64,000 nucleotides of DNA from Chiloscyllium plagiosum (GCF_004010195.1 NC_057719.1:70452181-70516180); one strand, 5' to 3'. Shown: positions 40,320 through 53,772, counted from the first letter of the stretch. Program-made: numbers and translations. The notes: generated from the sequence alone by a model not told the origin.

Positions 40320-41150
40320 GGCATGGTGCTGAGCATATGATTACAGCCCTTATTCAAGTCTACCCATGAGCAGAAAGGTTTTCTGTTTATTCTAATAATT
40401 CATTTCAAAATCATGGAACTCAATCAAATCATTCCTTAACCTTTATGGTTCAGAAAAAACATGTCTAGATATGTATTATCTCTTCTTATAATGTGACCCT
40501 GAAAGCATGAGAACATTCTGGGGAATCTGTGTTGCAATCTTCCAATGCCAAAATATCCTTCGCATGATAATGTACTGTGAACTATGCAGTCCTCTAGATG
40601 GGATCTAACCAGGGATTTGTGTCACTGTACCAACATCACATTCCTTTTATATATAATTTGACATAAAAAGCAAACATTCTGTTAATCTTATTATTTGTTG
40701 TATCTGACTACTATATTTTAAGAGATTACATATGTATATACAGACCTCAACATCCCTTTTGACTGGTCCTACCTCTTCGACATTTAATTATTTGGATCTA
40801 TCTTTCTTGATGTAAAATTGACTACCTTAATCTTACTGGTATTAAAATCTATCTGCTGGTTTTGGTCACCCATTTAATCTATCAATGTCTCTATAATTTT
40901 AATGTTCCCATCTGGACTAAGACACTAATCTCAGTGTCATCTGTAAATTTGAATGTATGACTCTCTATTGCATTATCAATGTCATTAATAAGGGTAATGA
41001 ATAGTTGATTGATACCTAGCATATAGCTTTATAAGCCATTTACTTTCCCTACTTTTTGTCTTTTGTAAAGGACAATCTCCTCACCAGGCCAATAATCTGT
41101 CTTCAAATCTGGAAGTTTTAACATTTGATCAGTCTCTTCTTCGAAACTTT
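40320..41150 (-). mobile_element. Old CR1 RT fragment
   Basis: Minus strand 'KFTDDTEI' (tcagtgtcatctgtaaattt near 40931) in degenerate CR1 context. Confidence 0.55.
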
Positions 41151-41371
41151 ATTGCTTGTTCTCTATAAGTCCAAACAAAAGAGAAATACTATGAACTATT
41201 CTTATGGCAGATATCAAGTGGATAATACAACCAAGAATCAGGCCAAATTATAGAAGACTCATAGAGGAAGTGAAAAAAAAGCATATAAGAGAAGCAACGA
41301 GACCTTGTGAGAAGAGACTGTAATCATCATGACATGTTAGTTGCCAGTCTTCAAAAGGTCAAACTAAAACA

Positions 41372-41685
41372 ATAGAATTGAACAAAGAACAGTACAGCCC
41401 TTCAGTCCTCAATGTTGTGCTGTCCTTTCATCCTACTCTAAGATCAGACTAACCTACATACCCTTCATTGTACTAACTTCCATGTGCCTATCCAAGAGTC
41501 GCTTAAATATCCCTAATGTATCTGACTTTACTACCACTGCTGGCAGTGCATTCCACACACCCACCACTCTCTGTGTGAAGAACCTACCTCTGACATCTCC
41601 CCTAAACCTTCCTCCAATCACCTTAAAATTATGTCCCCTCGTGATAGACATTTCTGCCATTGGAAAAAGTCTCTGGCTATCTATT
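41372..41685 (-). mobile_element. CR1 3' end
   Basis: ORF 41454..41693 'RGHNFKVIGGRFRGDVRGRFFTQRVVGVWNALP'. Confidence 0.92.
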
Positions 41686-44186
41686 TGTTGCACTTTGGAA
41701 TTAAAGATGAGTTATTTTAGCTTCAAAATGTTAACTGATTTCTCTTTCCATAGATACCACCAAACCTGGGTTTTTACAGCACTTTGTCTTTATTTCAAAT
41801 TTCTGCAATAATTTGCTTTTATTTTACTGCACAGTTAGTAGTTGGGAGAGCATCGAGAATGTAGCACTAATTTAATCTGTCCTACTTAGTTGAATGTGGA
41901 GTATTAAAATTAGGCTGATGATTTCTGGAAATATAAAGTGAAATGTTGTTAGTTACAGTTTATTATGGATGAAACTAGGCTTTCTCTAATTTTTGTTAAA
42001 TTTTGAAAGCAGTTTTCTCAGTGTTCAGAAATTTTAAAAAAACCAAGCCAATGCAGTAATCACTGATGACTGTATTAAAGGATGTAATATCCATTTTTTT
42101 CTGATGCAGCTTAGAACTTTTAATATACCTCCCACTATCTAATCATTACTTCAGAATTATTTTCGTTTTCCTATGATTTTCAGCATCTTTTATGAAGTGT
42201 TCAATCTCGAGAACACAATTGTACAAATGGTTCATCCCCTTTCATCTTTCAGCTCACTTTTATACTACAGCTTTTTCAAACCCTACTTCCCATCAGAAAT
42301 GTTTTTTTTGCAAGTTAATTGCAAAAGATAGAAGCAATTGCAATCCATTCTTTCCAACTGGTGAGACAGAAGCAATAGTAGCAAAATGGTGCATCCAAAT
42401 TTAAAAAAATCTAAAACTCATCTCATTGTGTGGGAGATTGGAATTATTGGTACCTTTTCCCAGTTAGTTAGAAGTGGTATATAGCTAATGTACAAGTTTA
42501 TTATGTCATTTTATGAAGAATGTGAAATACTATACAGCACTAGTTCTTAAGTACTGAATTTCAATTTTGAATAAAATTCTCTGCAATATGTGTTACATCA
42601 AACAGCAAATCCTTTTGAGGGGTAGATTGTTATAATTAATCTTGGATCTCATTGTCATGACTGTACTGTAGACAATTTGATAATAGAACCCATACAATTT
42701 AAATTAAAATCTTTTGACCTCCTAGGTGGCAACAGCGGATATAAATCTGCGAGTGAAGCCTAAACATGTCTACTCATAATGCAAACAGCAACCAACCAAT
42801 TCTGCAGCATTAATTGGAAATTAACAGAAATGGTGTAACACTCCATTCAGTTGGAAATGAAAGCACACATCTCCAGAGTCAATAAACACAAATACAGGGA
42901 GACTTCTTTTTTCTGATCCCCTAGATTTTAGGACATTTCTAAATACATTTTGAAATTTAAATACAGATTTTATAACAGTACTATTATTTACGACAAGCAT
43001 TGGTTGTATTCTTCCATTCTGGTCAGTTTTTCTCCCTTTTTAAAAACCCATCTTGTGTTAATTAAACTATTTCTTCCAACAGTGCCATTCCCGGGTACTT
43101 GACTGCTCAACCTCCAGCTTCTAGGATGCATGGTAAAATAACTATATTGACATAACAATGGATGGGCTTAGGTCAACAACAAATTTACTATTTCATACTG
43201 CAGTATTATCGATAAAGTGACATAATAACCTTGTATATAAGCTATATACCACTTCAAAAGGTGCCAATAATTCCCATTTCACACACTGTGGGATGAGTCT
43301 TCGTCAAATTAAAGGTAAGGGTCAATTTTGTCAACTTTCAGGAAGGGTTGCTCAACAGGGGGCCAAGCAGGTTGATCATGCACTCATCCCAAACTCATCT
43401 CACTACCACCTACCACACCTCCATGGCACCCATCTTGCCCAATGCTAGCTGGATTCCTCCATGCATACACAACTGGAATATCCTGGAATAGAGCGGCATA
43501 CCTGGCAACTGCACCATCTTAAAAAGGCTGTTGTGCACTGGGACAAACATGGTCAGTCCAGAGCTGCCCTACAGGATTCCTAACTACTTTGCTTCAGATT
43601 TGAAAGATTAGGGAATAGTGGTGCCCTGCTTTGCAGACTTCACAGGAATTAATAAGGCTAGAAGTTAGTAAATCCTTGTTTCCTTCATCCCAGAGTGTTG
43701 AAAAGAGTAGCAATAGAGATAATTGATGCTAGAATGATTTCTGCAGGTAGCAAAGCACACTTCACTATTTGTGAAGGGGGCAGGAGAGAAAACAAGGAAT
43801 TACAGACCTGTTAGTCTTATATCAGTAAAAAGAAAAATGCTAAAATCCTGGTTGATAATGATATAGTTACTATAAATTGGTGATGTGTAATACAGTTTGA
43901 TAAGCTTGCAGTATTTTGAAGATATTATGAACAAAATTGATAATTGAGAACTGATGGATTTAGATTTTCAGAAGGTTTTTGATAAAGTACTCCCAAAGAG
44001 GCTAGCTAGAAAATTAATGTATTCACAATAGGAAGTAATGTACTGGCCTGGAATAATGATTGGCTAATAGACAGGAAACACAGAGTTAAAATTCTGACTC
44101 TGGCAGTTCGGGACTGAAGGGGTGCCTTAAGGATCAGTACTTGGTCCCCAGCTGTTTACAATATATGTTAACAATTTGGACGTGAT

Positions 44187-44305
44187 GACCAAAGAGTGTT
44201 TATGGCACAGTGTAGGGTATCTACATCTGAGTCAGGAGGCCAAGTTCAAGACCTTCCCACTCCAGAACTGTGTAGGAACATCTCTGAACATGTTGATTAG
44301 AAAAT
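44187..44305 (+). mobile_element. Short tRNA-like SINE (copy 3), inside CR1
   Basis: Box A-like tggcacagtgtagg, box B-like gttcaagacc, tail ctgaacatgttgattagaaaat; flanking tttgga duplicated. Confidence 0.65.
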
Positions 44306-45047
44306 GTTTGGAGGGGGGAACCAAATCTATTGTTTCCAAATTTGTAGAAGGTGCAAAGCAGGTGCGAATACATGCTGTAAAGAAGATGTAAAGTATTTTC
44401 AGGAGGATGTGGATAGACTTAGTGAATGGGCAAGAAAATGGCAGACAAACAGTTGTGTGGTTATCCATCTTGGTGGGAGGAAAGATTAAAGATTAGCAAG
44501 TGTAAATGTAGAAAAGGATTTAGATGTTTTTATTGATAACATCACTGAAATTAACATGCAAGTACAACAAGCTATTGGGAAGGCTAATGGAATATTTGCC
44601 TTTATTGCAAAAGGATTTGGGTATAGGAGTACTGAAGCATTGTTTAAAATGTATAAAACTGTATGCAGTTTTGATCCCTGTATCTCAGGAAAGATATTAT
44701 TGCCAGAGTGGCAGTGCAATGAGGGTTCAACAGGCATATTCCTGAGATGGTGAGACTATCCAACAAAGGTAGGTTGGAGAGACTGTTCCTGTATTTTCTA
44801 GAGTTTCCAAAAGTGAGAGGTGATCTCACTGGAACTTACAAAATACTTAAAGCGATAAGCAGGGTAGATGCAAGTAAGATGGTTCCTCTGGTTGGGGAAT
44901 CTAGAATCAGAGGCATAATCTTAAGCTGAGGGAGATGCCTTTTAGGTCTGAGATAAGAATCTTTTTTCACTCGGGGGTTGTAAAACTTGAATTCTCTACC
45001 ATAGAGGGTTTTTAAAACTCCCTTTTGAGTAATGCAGATACTGACAG

Positions 45048-45993
45048 TGATTTGGATGTGAACATAGGAGGTATAGTTAGTAGGTTTGCAGATGACACCA
45101 AAGTTGGAGGTGTAGTGGACAGCAAAGATCGTTACCACAGACTACAACAGGTCTTGATCAAATGGGCTGCTGGGTGGCAGATGGAGTTTAATTTAGATAA
45201 ATGTGACGTGTTATATTGTGGGAAAGCAAATCAGAGCAGGACTTACACACTTAATGGTAAGGTTCGAGGGAGTGTTGCTGAACAAAGAGACCTTGGAGTG
45301 CAGGTTCATGCTTCCTTGCAAGTAGAGTCGCACGTAGATGGGATACTGAAGGCATTCGGTATGATTTATTTTATTGGTCAGAGCATTGAGTACAGGAGTT
45401 GGAACGTCATGTTGCAGCTATACAGGACATTGGTTAGGCCACTTTTTGAATATTGAGTGCGATTCTGGTCTCCTTCCTATTGGAAAGATGTTGTGAAATT
45501 TGAAAGGGTTCAGAAAAGATTTACAACAATGTTGCCAGGGTTGGAGGATTTGAGCTATAGGGAGAGGCTGAACAGGCTGGAGCTGTTTTCCCTGGAGTGT
45601 CGGAGGCTGAGAGGTGACCTTATAGAGGTTTATAAAATCATGACGAGCATGGATAGGATAGACAGACATTTGTTTTCCTGTGGTGAGGGAGCCGAGAACT
45701 AGAGGGCATAGGTTCAGGGTGAGAGGGGAAAGATATAAAAGAGACCTAAGGGGCAACTTTTTTCACGCAGAGGGTGGTGCATGTTTGGAATGAGCTGCCA
45801 GAGGAAATGGTGAAGGCTGGTATAATTACCAGCATTTAAAATGCATCTGGATTGGTATATGAATAGGAATGCTTTAGAGGGATATGGGCCAAGTGCTGGC
45901 AAATAGGATTAGATTAGGTTAGGATATGTGATCGGCATGGATGAGTTAGACCGAAGGGTCTGTTTCCTTGCTGTATATCTCTATGACTCCATG
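45048..45993 (+). mobile_element. Younger 5'-truncated CR1 nested in an older CR1
   Basis: 'SRFADDTKVGG...WQMEFNLDKC...LYRTLVRPLFEY'; flanking tgacag duplication (45042, 45992). Confidence 0.92.
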
Positions 45994-46404
45994 ACAGATT
46001 TCGATTACCAGTGGTATGCAGGTTATGAAAATGGGGTGAGAAGTGCAGTGGTGGGTGTAAAAGGCATTGGAGTGTTCAATTGGTCATGATAATATTGAAT
46101 GATGGGGCAGGCTTGATGGCTGATGTTCACTCTTCCATTATCCTAATCCTAAATAGCATTCTATTTAATAAATATTTAATACGTCTGTATTTTGAACAGT
46201 AGCAAATTCAAAAGGTTATAATGATTTAATTAAGCAAAATAATATTATGGCAGCATACAGAAAATGTGCTGTAGCAACATACCAAAGTTTCTTTGAAATC
46301 CCTTCCCAATTCACCGAATTCTACAAACTTCGCACACAACCACTTGCCTGTTTTCCTGCAAGTGATACACTATCCTGTTTTGGAAGTGTATCATCAGTCC
46401 TTCA

Positions 46405-46570
46405 TAGTCAGACTGGGTCAGAATCCAGGAACTCCTTCCCAATTAACATTGTAAGTGTACCTTCATCTAATGGACTGCAGTGGTTAAGATGGAAGATTAA
46501 TGATGGGTAATAAATGCTAGTTTTGTCAGCAACGCGCACACATCATGAATGAATAATTGAATGAATAATT
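46405..46570 (+). mobile_element. LINE 3' end with (aatg)n-like tail
   Basis: 'S..NSFP..IV' terminal coding remnant, gatgggtaataaatgctag..catcatgaatgaataa. Confidence 0.6.
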
Positions 46571-48798
46571 AAATGAACAAACAAATAAACAAATTATGAT
46601 GAAGGTTTCAGCTATATCTGTTTGGAAATGTTTTAACATGATTATAAAGAATCAGTTGTATTTATGAATCGGTAATGCCTGTATTGTTTTCTAGATTTGC
46701 ATAGATATACTTCAAGGCACACTGTCCTCAGCTTGCCAAACAGTAACCCCATTTTCTATGTAATAATTGCACATTAGCCTTACTAAAATCAGAGTGTAAC
46801 ATCCCTATAATGTCGAGGCCAATTAGAATATTTTGTTAAAAAATTAGGGAAAGAAATTGTTGCCAACAATAGAATAAAAACATGTGCAGTTATCTTTCAC
46901 AAGGTTCATTCAACGCTGAAAGACAAAAAGCATGAAAACTGCAACAACAAACAAAAAAACTTCTTTTAAGGCTTATTAATGTCTCTAGTAGGATTGAAGA
47001 GAAATTCTCTACAAGTTGTTCTATATCCTTAAGGTGTAAAGCTAATCAACTTTTCTTTCAGGCTGCTCTGAGAATACAAGAATTGCAGTGATATTTTCAG
47101 CACTTTTCAGTAGATGGGTACTAAAGTGCGAGTGGACTGTTTGAAACTCATGCTCTTTGCTGTACTCATATCATTCAGTAAATTGTTTCCCCTCTACTCA
47201 ACAACCTTCCAACTGCAGCATAACAAAAATTGAGAAATGAGCAAACTGCACAATTAAACTTGGAATCCCACCTCCTCCATTGTGTACTCGTGTTCTGAGG
47301 TGCTGATTCAGCATTACCTCGTTCGGAGATCAGTGATTGTGCGGTGATAGTGGTGAAGCAGGATAACATCTATTGGATACGATCTATTACCACCTTTGGG
47401 ACTGCTGAGTGGTTTCACTACTGGTAGCAATATCTATTGTTGTGACTCACTGTGGTCGTGCGCTGGAAATCAAGTTCCCGCCATCCCTGGAGTCATCACA
47501 AATGTGAAATAATTTAATTGAACCATCCAAAGTTCTAAACTTACCTAACTGACAAACCCAGGTTAAAAGTAAACACTCATCAGATTTCTGTACTTAATAA
47601 GAAAGCAACTATTTATAGCAAAAAAAAACTATTTGCAATCGGTTAGAAACAAACATAAATTGTGAACATATAATCTCTAAAAGACTTAAACTCTACCCCT
47701 TCTTGAAAGCAGAAGACCCCACAAACATTCTTTGTTAGATCACAGACACCAATGAGATGTTTTCCTTCAGTTTCTTGCATATCCCTTTCAACTTTGCAAG
47801 ATTACAGGGTTGTCAACACATGGATTCTCAGCCTTTCATTCGATAATTGAAGATTCATCCCTCAGTGTCTCTGAAATTGTTTTTTTTTTCAGTTTTCCTT
47901 TCAGGCAGGGAATTTTCAAAAGAAAATCTGCTAGGAATGTTCTTTTCTATCTGTACTCTTAGAGGGGAGAGTGAGAGAAATATTTCTCCTTCACAGGCTG
48001 CATGTTTCTGTGGTATTTTCCAAACACAAAGCTGTAGTCACATGTTTAGGAACTAATCAAGACATTACGATGCTGCGTATTCTTGAACACACACACACAC
48101 TCCCACACACAGTTATGATTGTGAACAAAATTGCTGTCACTGGGCAAAACTGCCTCTGTACTCATGCGTGCATGGACACCCACACACAAGTGAGGTATCT
48201 AATAGCTTTATTGCTTAAATAAGACCACCTTGTGCATGCAATACACAATAGCTTCCTGTAACTCCCTGTTTTAAAACTGCAACATCATCGTCCGCAGTTC
48301 CTTGGTTTAAAGCAGTAACTTTTCCTATTTTTAAATTCACATCCAACAGAAAAATGGTCCTTACATACATCTATTATAATTTAATCTGAGCAGCAAATAT
48401 ATAGAAATAATTGATCCATTTTAGCAGTGACCCAGTTCCTAGCAAAATACAAACTCACAAATCAATTTCTGTCACTTGTAGTAATATCTACATGATCCTT
48501 TTCTCATAGAATCATGTCATCCCTACAGTTTGGAAGCAGGCCCTTTGGCCCATGGAGTCCACACTGACCATGGTAAAAGCTGGAATGGGATTATTTGGCG
48601 CTGCCCTTTTGGCGCCGATCATTTGGCCCCGCCGTTTTGGCTCTAAACTGTTTTGGCACTGAGCTGTTTTGGCGCCAATTCAGAATAAAAAAAAGTCTTG
48701 TAGGGCCCATAAAAAATTCATTTTTATTCCATTGTAAGAAATAAATCTAATTCTTTTTTATTCACTATTTTTAACCTATTCATTATAAAAACGAATTT

Positions 48799-48888
48799 CT
48801 ACATTTTGCTACATTTATCAAACACATATAGATAACCATCGTGTGAAAATGTTGGTTTGTCTGTCTTGCTTAGAATGTTTTCAGCCAT
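48799..48888 (-). pseudogene. N-terminal FLYWCH-like transposase remnant
   Basis: MAENILSKTDKPTFSHDGYLYVFDKCSK, and after a 1-nt shift VEIRF; preceded by the acceptor-like ctttctattttcttgtag. Confidence 0.6.
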
Positions 48889-49004
48889 TTCTGGTATGGG
48901 CTCTACAAGAAAATAGAAAGAAAATTGTATTACAGCTTTCCAATGTGAAGACAGAAAGGCTTAAGTATCATCAAGGCAGTAGATGACTATGAACAATTGT
49001 TAAC

Positions 49005-49410
49005 TAGAGTCATAGAGTCATAGAGATGTACAGCACGGAAACAGACCCTTCAGTCCAGCCCATCCATGCCAACCAGATATCCCAACCCAATCTAGTCCCA
49101 CCTGCCAGCACTCGGCCATATCCCTCCAAACCCTTCCTATTCATATACTCATCCAAATGCCTCTTAAATGTGGCAATTATACCAGCCTCCACCACATCCT
49201 CTGGCAGCTCATTCCATACACGTACCACCCTCTGCGTGAAAAAGTTGCCCCTTAGGTCTCTTTTATATCTTTATTGCACGCAATATTCCAACAGTGGCCT
49301 AACCAATGCCCTGTACAGCCGCAACATGACCTCCCAACTCCTGTAGTCAATACTCTGACCAATAAAGGAAAGCATACCAAACACCTTCTTCACTATCCTA
49401 TCTACCTGCA
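49005..49410 (-). mobile_element. Young CR1 3' end inside the DNA transposon
   Basis: (agagtcat)n tail; ORF 49010..49228 'VRVWNELPEDVVEAG'. Confidence 0.92.
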
Positions 49411-50581
49411 GAAAATGATTACAAAACGAGATTTGAATCTACAGCAAGTCATTACAGCTTTGACTATCAACTCTTGCTAGTTGAGAAAATTACATCGGGT
49501 CGTTAGTCATCCTCTCTTCTTTTACCAAACAAGACTTTATTTTTATTTTGAATTGGTGCCAAAACAGCTTAGTGCCAAAGTAATGAGCCCCAAAACAGTT
49601 TAGAGCCAAAACGGCGGGGCCAAATGATCAGTGCCAAAAGGGCAGCACCAAAACGTACCTGACCCAGGAAAAGTATTCCACTCAGACCATGTCTCCGTAG
49701 CCCTACATTTTGCATTGGAAATCCATCCAACCTACATAGCCCTGGACACTACAGGGCAATCCACCTAACCTGCATATCTTTGCACTATGAGAGAAAAGCA
49801 GAACAACCAGTGGAAACCCACAGAGAAGTGGGAAGAATATGCAAACTCCACACAGTCAATCGAAGGTAGAATCGAATGCAGGCCCCTGGTGTTGTGAGGC
49901 AGCAGTTTTAACCACTGAGCCATTGTGCCACCCTGGACGTTTTTGGTCAGGACGTTTAAATTAAAATCACAAAGAATAATTCAGAGAAAGCAACAACACA
50001 ATGGGATGAAATAGTTCCATGTGCAAGTTCATTTGCTGGATTCTAGGGTCTTTAAAAGCAGTCGCTGTGGTATAATACAGAGTGGGTCCTTTGCAATTCT
50101 TTGTTTCTGGGATTCATGCATTTTTCTGTAACAATGATTTTCATCAATGTAGAATTTCACCAGTAGTCCTGCATGCCATTCCATTGTGTGCAATTTCATG
50201 GAGTCAGGTTAACTTCTCACGAATGTTAGGTTCATGTCCCCTCAGAAGAGCTGTTAACTACAGTAAAGGTTCTGAATCTAGACTTATGTATGTTTGAAAA
50301 ATGTTACCGAATGTCTCCTGCATCTCACTCAGGGTGCAAAATGCACAGAACCAATAAATTAGATAATAATCATGGCAAGTTTAGAAATGTTGATAGAAAG
50401 ATTCAATCAGAAATCAGCTTTGAAAAAGACTACTGCTCTGACAATCCTACTGAAGTGATCCTCAGACGGATCAATTATAGTATCTACAACAGAAGCTCCA
50501 CACTGCTGGAACTGGATCAACAACTAAAACAATCTCCAGAAGTCCTCATTATGAATGCTTGACTGAATTTCAAGACTCACT

Positions 50582-50858
50582 GATTAGATTAGATTCCCTA
50601 CAGTGTGGAAACAGGCCCTTCGGCCCAACAACTCCACACCGACCCTCCGAAGAGTAACCCACCTAAACCCATTTCACTCTGACTAATGCACCTAACACTA
50701 TGGGCAATTTAGCATGGCCAATTCACCTGACCTGCACATCTTTGGACTGTGGGAGGAAACCGGGGTACCCGGAGGAAACCCACGCAGACATGGGGAGGCT
50801 GGATTCGAACCTGGGACCCTGGTGCTGGGAGGCAGCAGTGCTAACCACTGAGCCACCA
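50582..50858 (-). mobile_element. HE1-type V-SINE with internal deletion
   Basis: (gatta)n tail; close match to the 36286 copy. Confidence 0.92.
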
Positions 50859-50963
50859 TATGGATTAAAATAGCAGGGATTTGTTTTAGCAGACAGAAAT
50901 TTTAATTGATTGATATTCCTGAGATTACAATAATGTACAGTTTGATTCTGCTCAACATCCTTG

Positions 50964-51560
50964 TCATAGAGTCCAAACAGTGTAGAGGCAGGCCATTCTG
51001 CCCATCAAATCCACATCGACCCTTCAAACAACATCCCACCGAGACTCATCCCCCACTCTATCCCTGTAATCCTGCATTTACCGTAGCTAACCCACCTAGC
51101 CTGCACATCCCTGTGCACTGTGGGCAATTTAGCATGGCCAATCCACCTAATCTGCACATCTTTGGACACTAGGAGGAAATCCATGCAGATACAGGGAGAA
51201 TGTGTAAACTCCACACAAATAGACAGTCCGGAGTGTGGTGCTGGAAAAGCACAGTACGTCAGGCAGCATCTGAGGAGCAGGAGAATCAACATTTCGGGCA
51301 AAAGCCCTTCATTACGAATGAGGCTTGTGAACCAAGAGGGTGGAGAGATAAATGGGAGGGGGTGGGGTTGGGGGAAGGTAGCTGAGAGTGCGATGGGTAG
51401 ATGAAGGTTGGGGTAATGGTCATAGATTGGAGAGGAGGGTGAAGCGAATAGGCGGGAAAGACAATGGACAGGTAGGACAGGTCATGAGGCAGACAGTCGC
51501 CTGAGGCTAGAATCAAACCTAGATCGCTGGCACTGTGAGGCAACAGTGCTAGCCACTGTC
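50964..51560 (-). mobile_element. HE1-type SINE split by a Penelope fragment
   Basis: SINE pieces 50964-51228 and 51491-51560 are colinear. Confidence 0.85.
51229..51490 (-). mobile_element. Penelope-like pLTR fragment with decayed hammerhead; 8-bp TSD
   Basis: Minus strand cgtaatgaagggcttttgcccgaaatgtt (core mutated); TSD agacagtc at 51221 and 51491. Confidence 0.85.
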
Positions 51561-51709
51561 CTGCCTGTTATGCTTAGTTGGATAAAATTAACAGTTGTGA
51601 AGGAAACAAAGCTTCTGTCATTGATGTTATAATAGCATCTTTTTAATTTGAAAGCAGATTCCAGAATGGCCTTTTTTTTCCCAATTCAACATTTCAATTT
51701 TTAAAAAAA

Positions 51710-51970
51710 GCTCATTCACAAGATGCGAGTGTTGCTGGCTGGTCCATCTTATATTATCCTAATTGCCAAGAGGATGCTATGGGTCTAAAGTCATATATAG
51801 GTCAGACAGGGTAAGGATGGGGTTAGTGAATCAGATGGGTTTTTTCCAACAATTGACTGCGATTATCATTAGACTCCTAATTCCACCATCCATTGAGGCA
51901 GGATCTGAACCTGGGTCACCAAATCTTTAGATTAATAATGTAGTAATAATATCACTAGGCCATTACATAC
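51710..51970 (-). mobile_element. SINE with a LINE-derived tail
   Basis: Same tail as 13872; tRNA-like head on the minus strand (tgaacctgggtc...cactagg). Confidence 0.5.
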
Positions 51971-52289
51971 CCTTGGCCAAAACTTGTCATTATTAGTAGA
52001 TACAAAGTAACTGGACGTGGCGATGGATGGCAGATTGAAGACTAGCAAATAACAGCCTTTAATGCAAACTGGGACAAACTCCCTGAGAACAAAGGCGGGC
52101 TTGAAACCAGCCCACCATGACAATCATTCAATTCTAGCCACACCTGACCTCTTTCCAAGATTAGTAGACTTGGCTTAATCCCACACTCATCTTTACAGAG
52201 TGAAAACAGTGCACAGGTCTGCTAAGCTGGTTTAAAATTGAGAAGGAGGAGATAATGGACAAGTTGTTGTTACTTATAGCTTTCATGAC

Positions 52290-53772
52290 ATTGAGACCAG
52301 ATGAAATACTTTGAAGAATTTTAAAAGAAGTGAGAGTGGAAATTACAGAGGCGCTGGCAATTATCTCGCTCTGAATTCAGATGTGGTGTAGAATTACAAA
52401 TATTATGCTCTTGTTCGAAAAGGATTGTAAGATCAGCCCAGTAAATACAGAGCCATTAGTTTAACCTTGTTGTGGGGAAATGACTAGAAACAATTATTTG
52501 AGATAAAATTAATAGTCACAAGGAATAACATGGACAGATTCAGAAGAATCTGTAGGGATCTGTTAAGGGAAAATCATTTCTAGTAAATTTGATTGAATTC
52601 TTTGAACTCTTTGAATTCTTTGAACTTTGAATTCTTTGAGAGGATTGATGAGAGCGAGCTTGATGATGTGGTGTATATGGACTTCTAAGATGTGTTTGAT
52701 ACAGTGCCATACAATAGACTGGAGAGGAACATTATAGATCATGGAATATAAGGGATACAGAACTGCTGAAAGCAGGAAACAGAATAATGATTAATGGGTA
52801 TTTTCCAGGCTGGAACAAGGTTTGCAATGAAGCTCTTGAGGCTTCAGTACAGAGTCCCTTGCATTTCCTGATGAATGTAAGTTTGTGTGTAAGTGATGAC
52901 ACATGACTTGAGAGAACTGGGAACTGTGAGGAGGACAGTGGAGAACTTCAAAAAGACATTGATATTTTGATGGACTGGATGAATAGGTGGCAGATGAAGT
53001 TTAATGCAAAGATATATTTTGGTATTAAGACAGACAGTATAAAACAAAAGGTACTGTTCTAAACAGTGGGCAAGATCAAAGAGAACTGGACGTATCTGTA
53101 CATAAGCTGTTAAACGTTGCTGAACAGGTGGGGCGCTGGGGCGGGGGGGGGCATGGTTAATAAAGCACACAGTATTCTAGGCTTTGTTAGTAGGGGCATA
53201 CAGCTGAAGACTAGGGATGTTACAATAAATTTATATAAATTTGAGTTTGAGATCTCAGTTTGAGCATCGTGTACAGTTCTGAGTACCACACTCTAAGAAG
53301 GATGCACATGCATGGGACAGAGTGCAGAAGAGATTTCTTAGAATTGTTTCAAGCGTGATTCACTTCAGTTATGAGGAAATGTTGGAGAAGTTAGAATTGT
53401 TTTCCTTGGTGAGGAGAAGGCTGAGAGGAGATTTGATTGAAGTTTTCAAATCATAAGGGTCTGGACAGACTAGATAGAGAGAAACTCGTCCTGATCATAT
53501 ACAGATTAAGGTGCAGAGGACATAGTTTCAAACTGTTTTGTAAAAGAAGCAAATATGACATGAGGAAAGTCTTTCTCAAACAGTGAATAGTTAATTTCTG
53601 GAATGTACCAAGTATAGTGGAAGCTGGAGCAACTGAGGACTCAAGAGCGCATTCAATAATTGATTAAAAATAAGCAATGAGTAAGGTTACAGGGAAAGTG
53701 TGGGCAATTGTCACAAATTTAAAATGCTCAGACACCAAATGGCCTTCTTCTGGACCATAACCATTCTGTGAT
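52290..53772 (+). mobile_element. Old CR1 ORF2 (RT) and 3' end
   Basis: 'KYRAISLT', 'DVVYMDF*DVFDTVP', 'WQMKFN', 'RRLRGDLIEVF'. Confidence 0.85.

Larger units (their letters stand above)
43655..46145 (+). mobile_element. Old CR1 ORF2 and 3' end, interrupted by a SINE (44187) and a younger CR1 (45048)
   Basis: 'NYRPVSL', 'LDFQKVFDKV', 'GVP*GSVLGPQLFTIYVNNL', 'RGDLTGTYKIL'. Confidence 0.85.
48582..49665 (-). mobile_element. Non-autonomous Mutator/Phantom-like DNA transposon with foldback TIRs
   Basis: TIRs 48582-48701 and 49529-49665 built from repeated ttttggcgcc-like units; FLYWCH-like coding remnant inside. Confidence 0.75.
48505..49933 (-). mobile_element. HE1-type SINE split by a DNA transposon (pieces 48505-48581 and 49666-49933)
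   Basis: Tail part (ccctacagtttggaagcaggccctttggccc) and head part (gtgaggcagcagt..aaccactgagcca) are colinear with the intact copy at 36286. Confidence 0.85.

Noticed and set aside
48591..48680. Regularly spaced ttttggcgcc repeats as a CRISPR or iteron array
   Set aside because: The units are short, lack unique spacers and are mirrored at 49555-49655, so they are transposon TIRs in a vertebrate context.
52596..52640. (ctttgaa)-type short tandem repeats, also the local duplication at 59181-59216
   Set aside because: Ordinary slippage inside decayed CR1.
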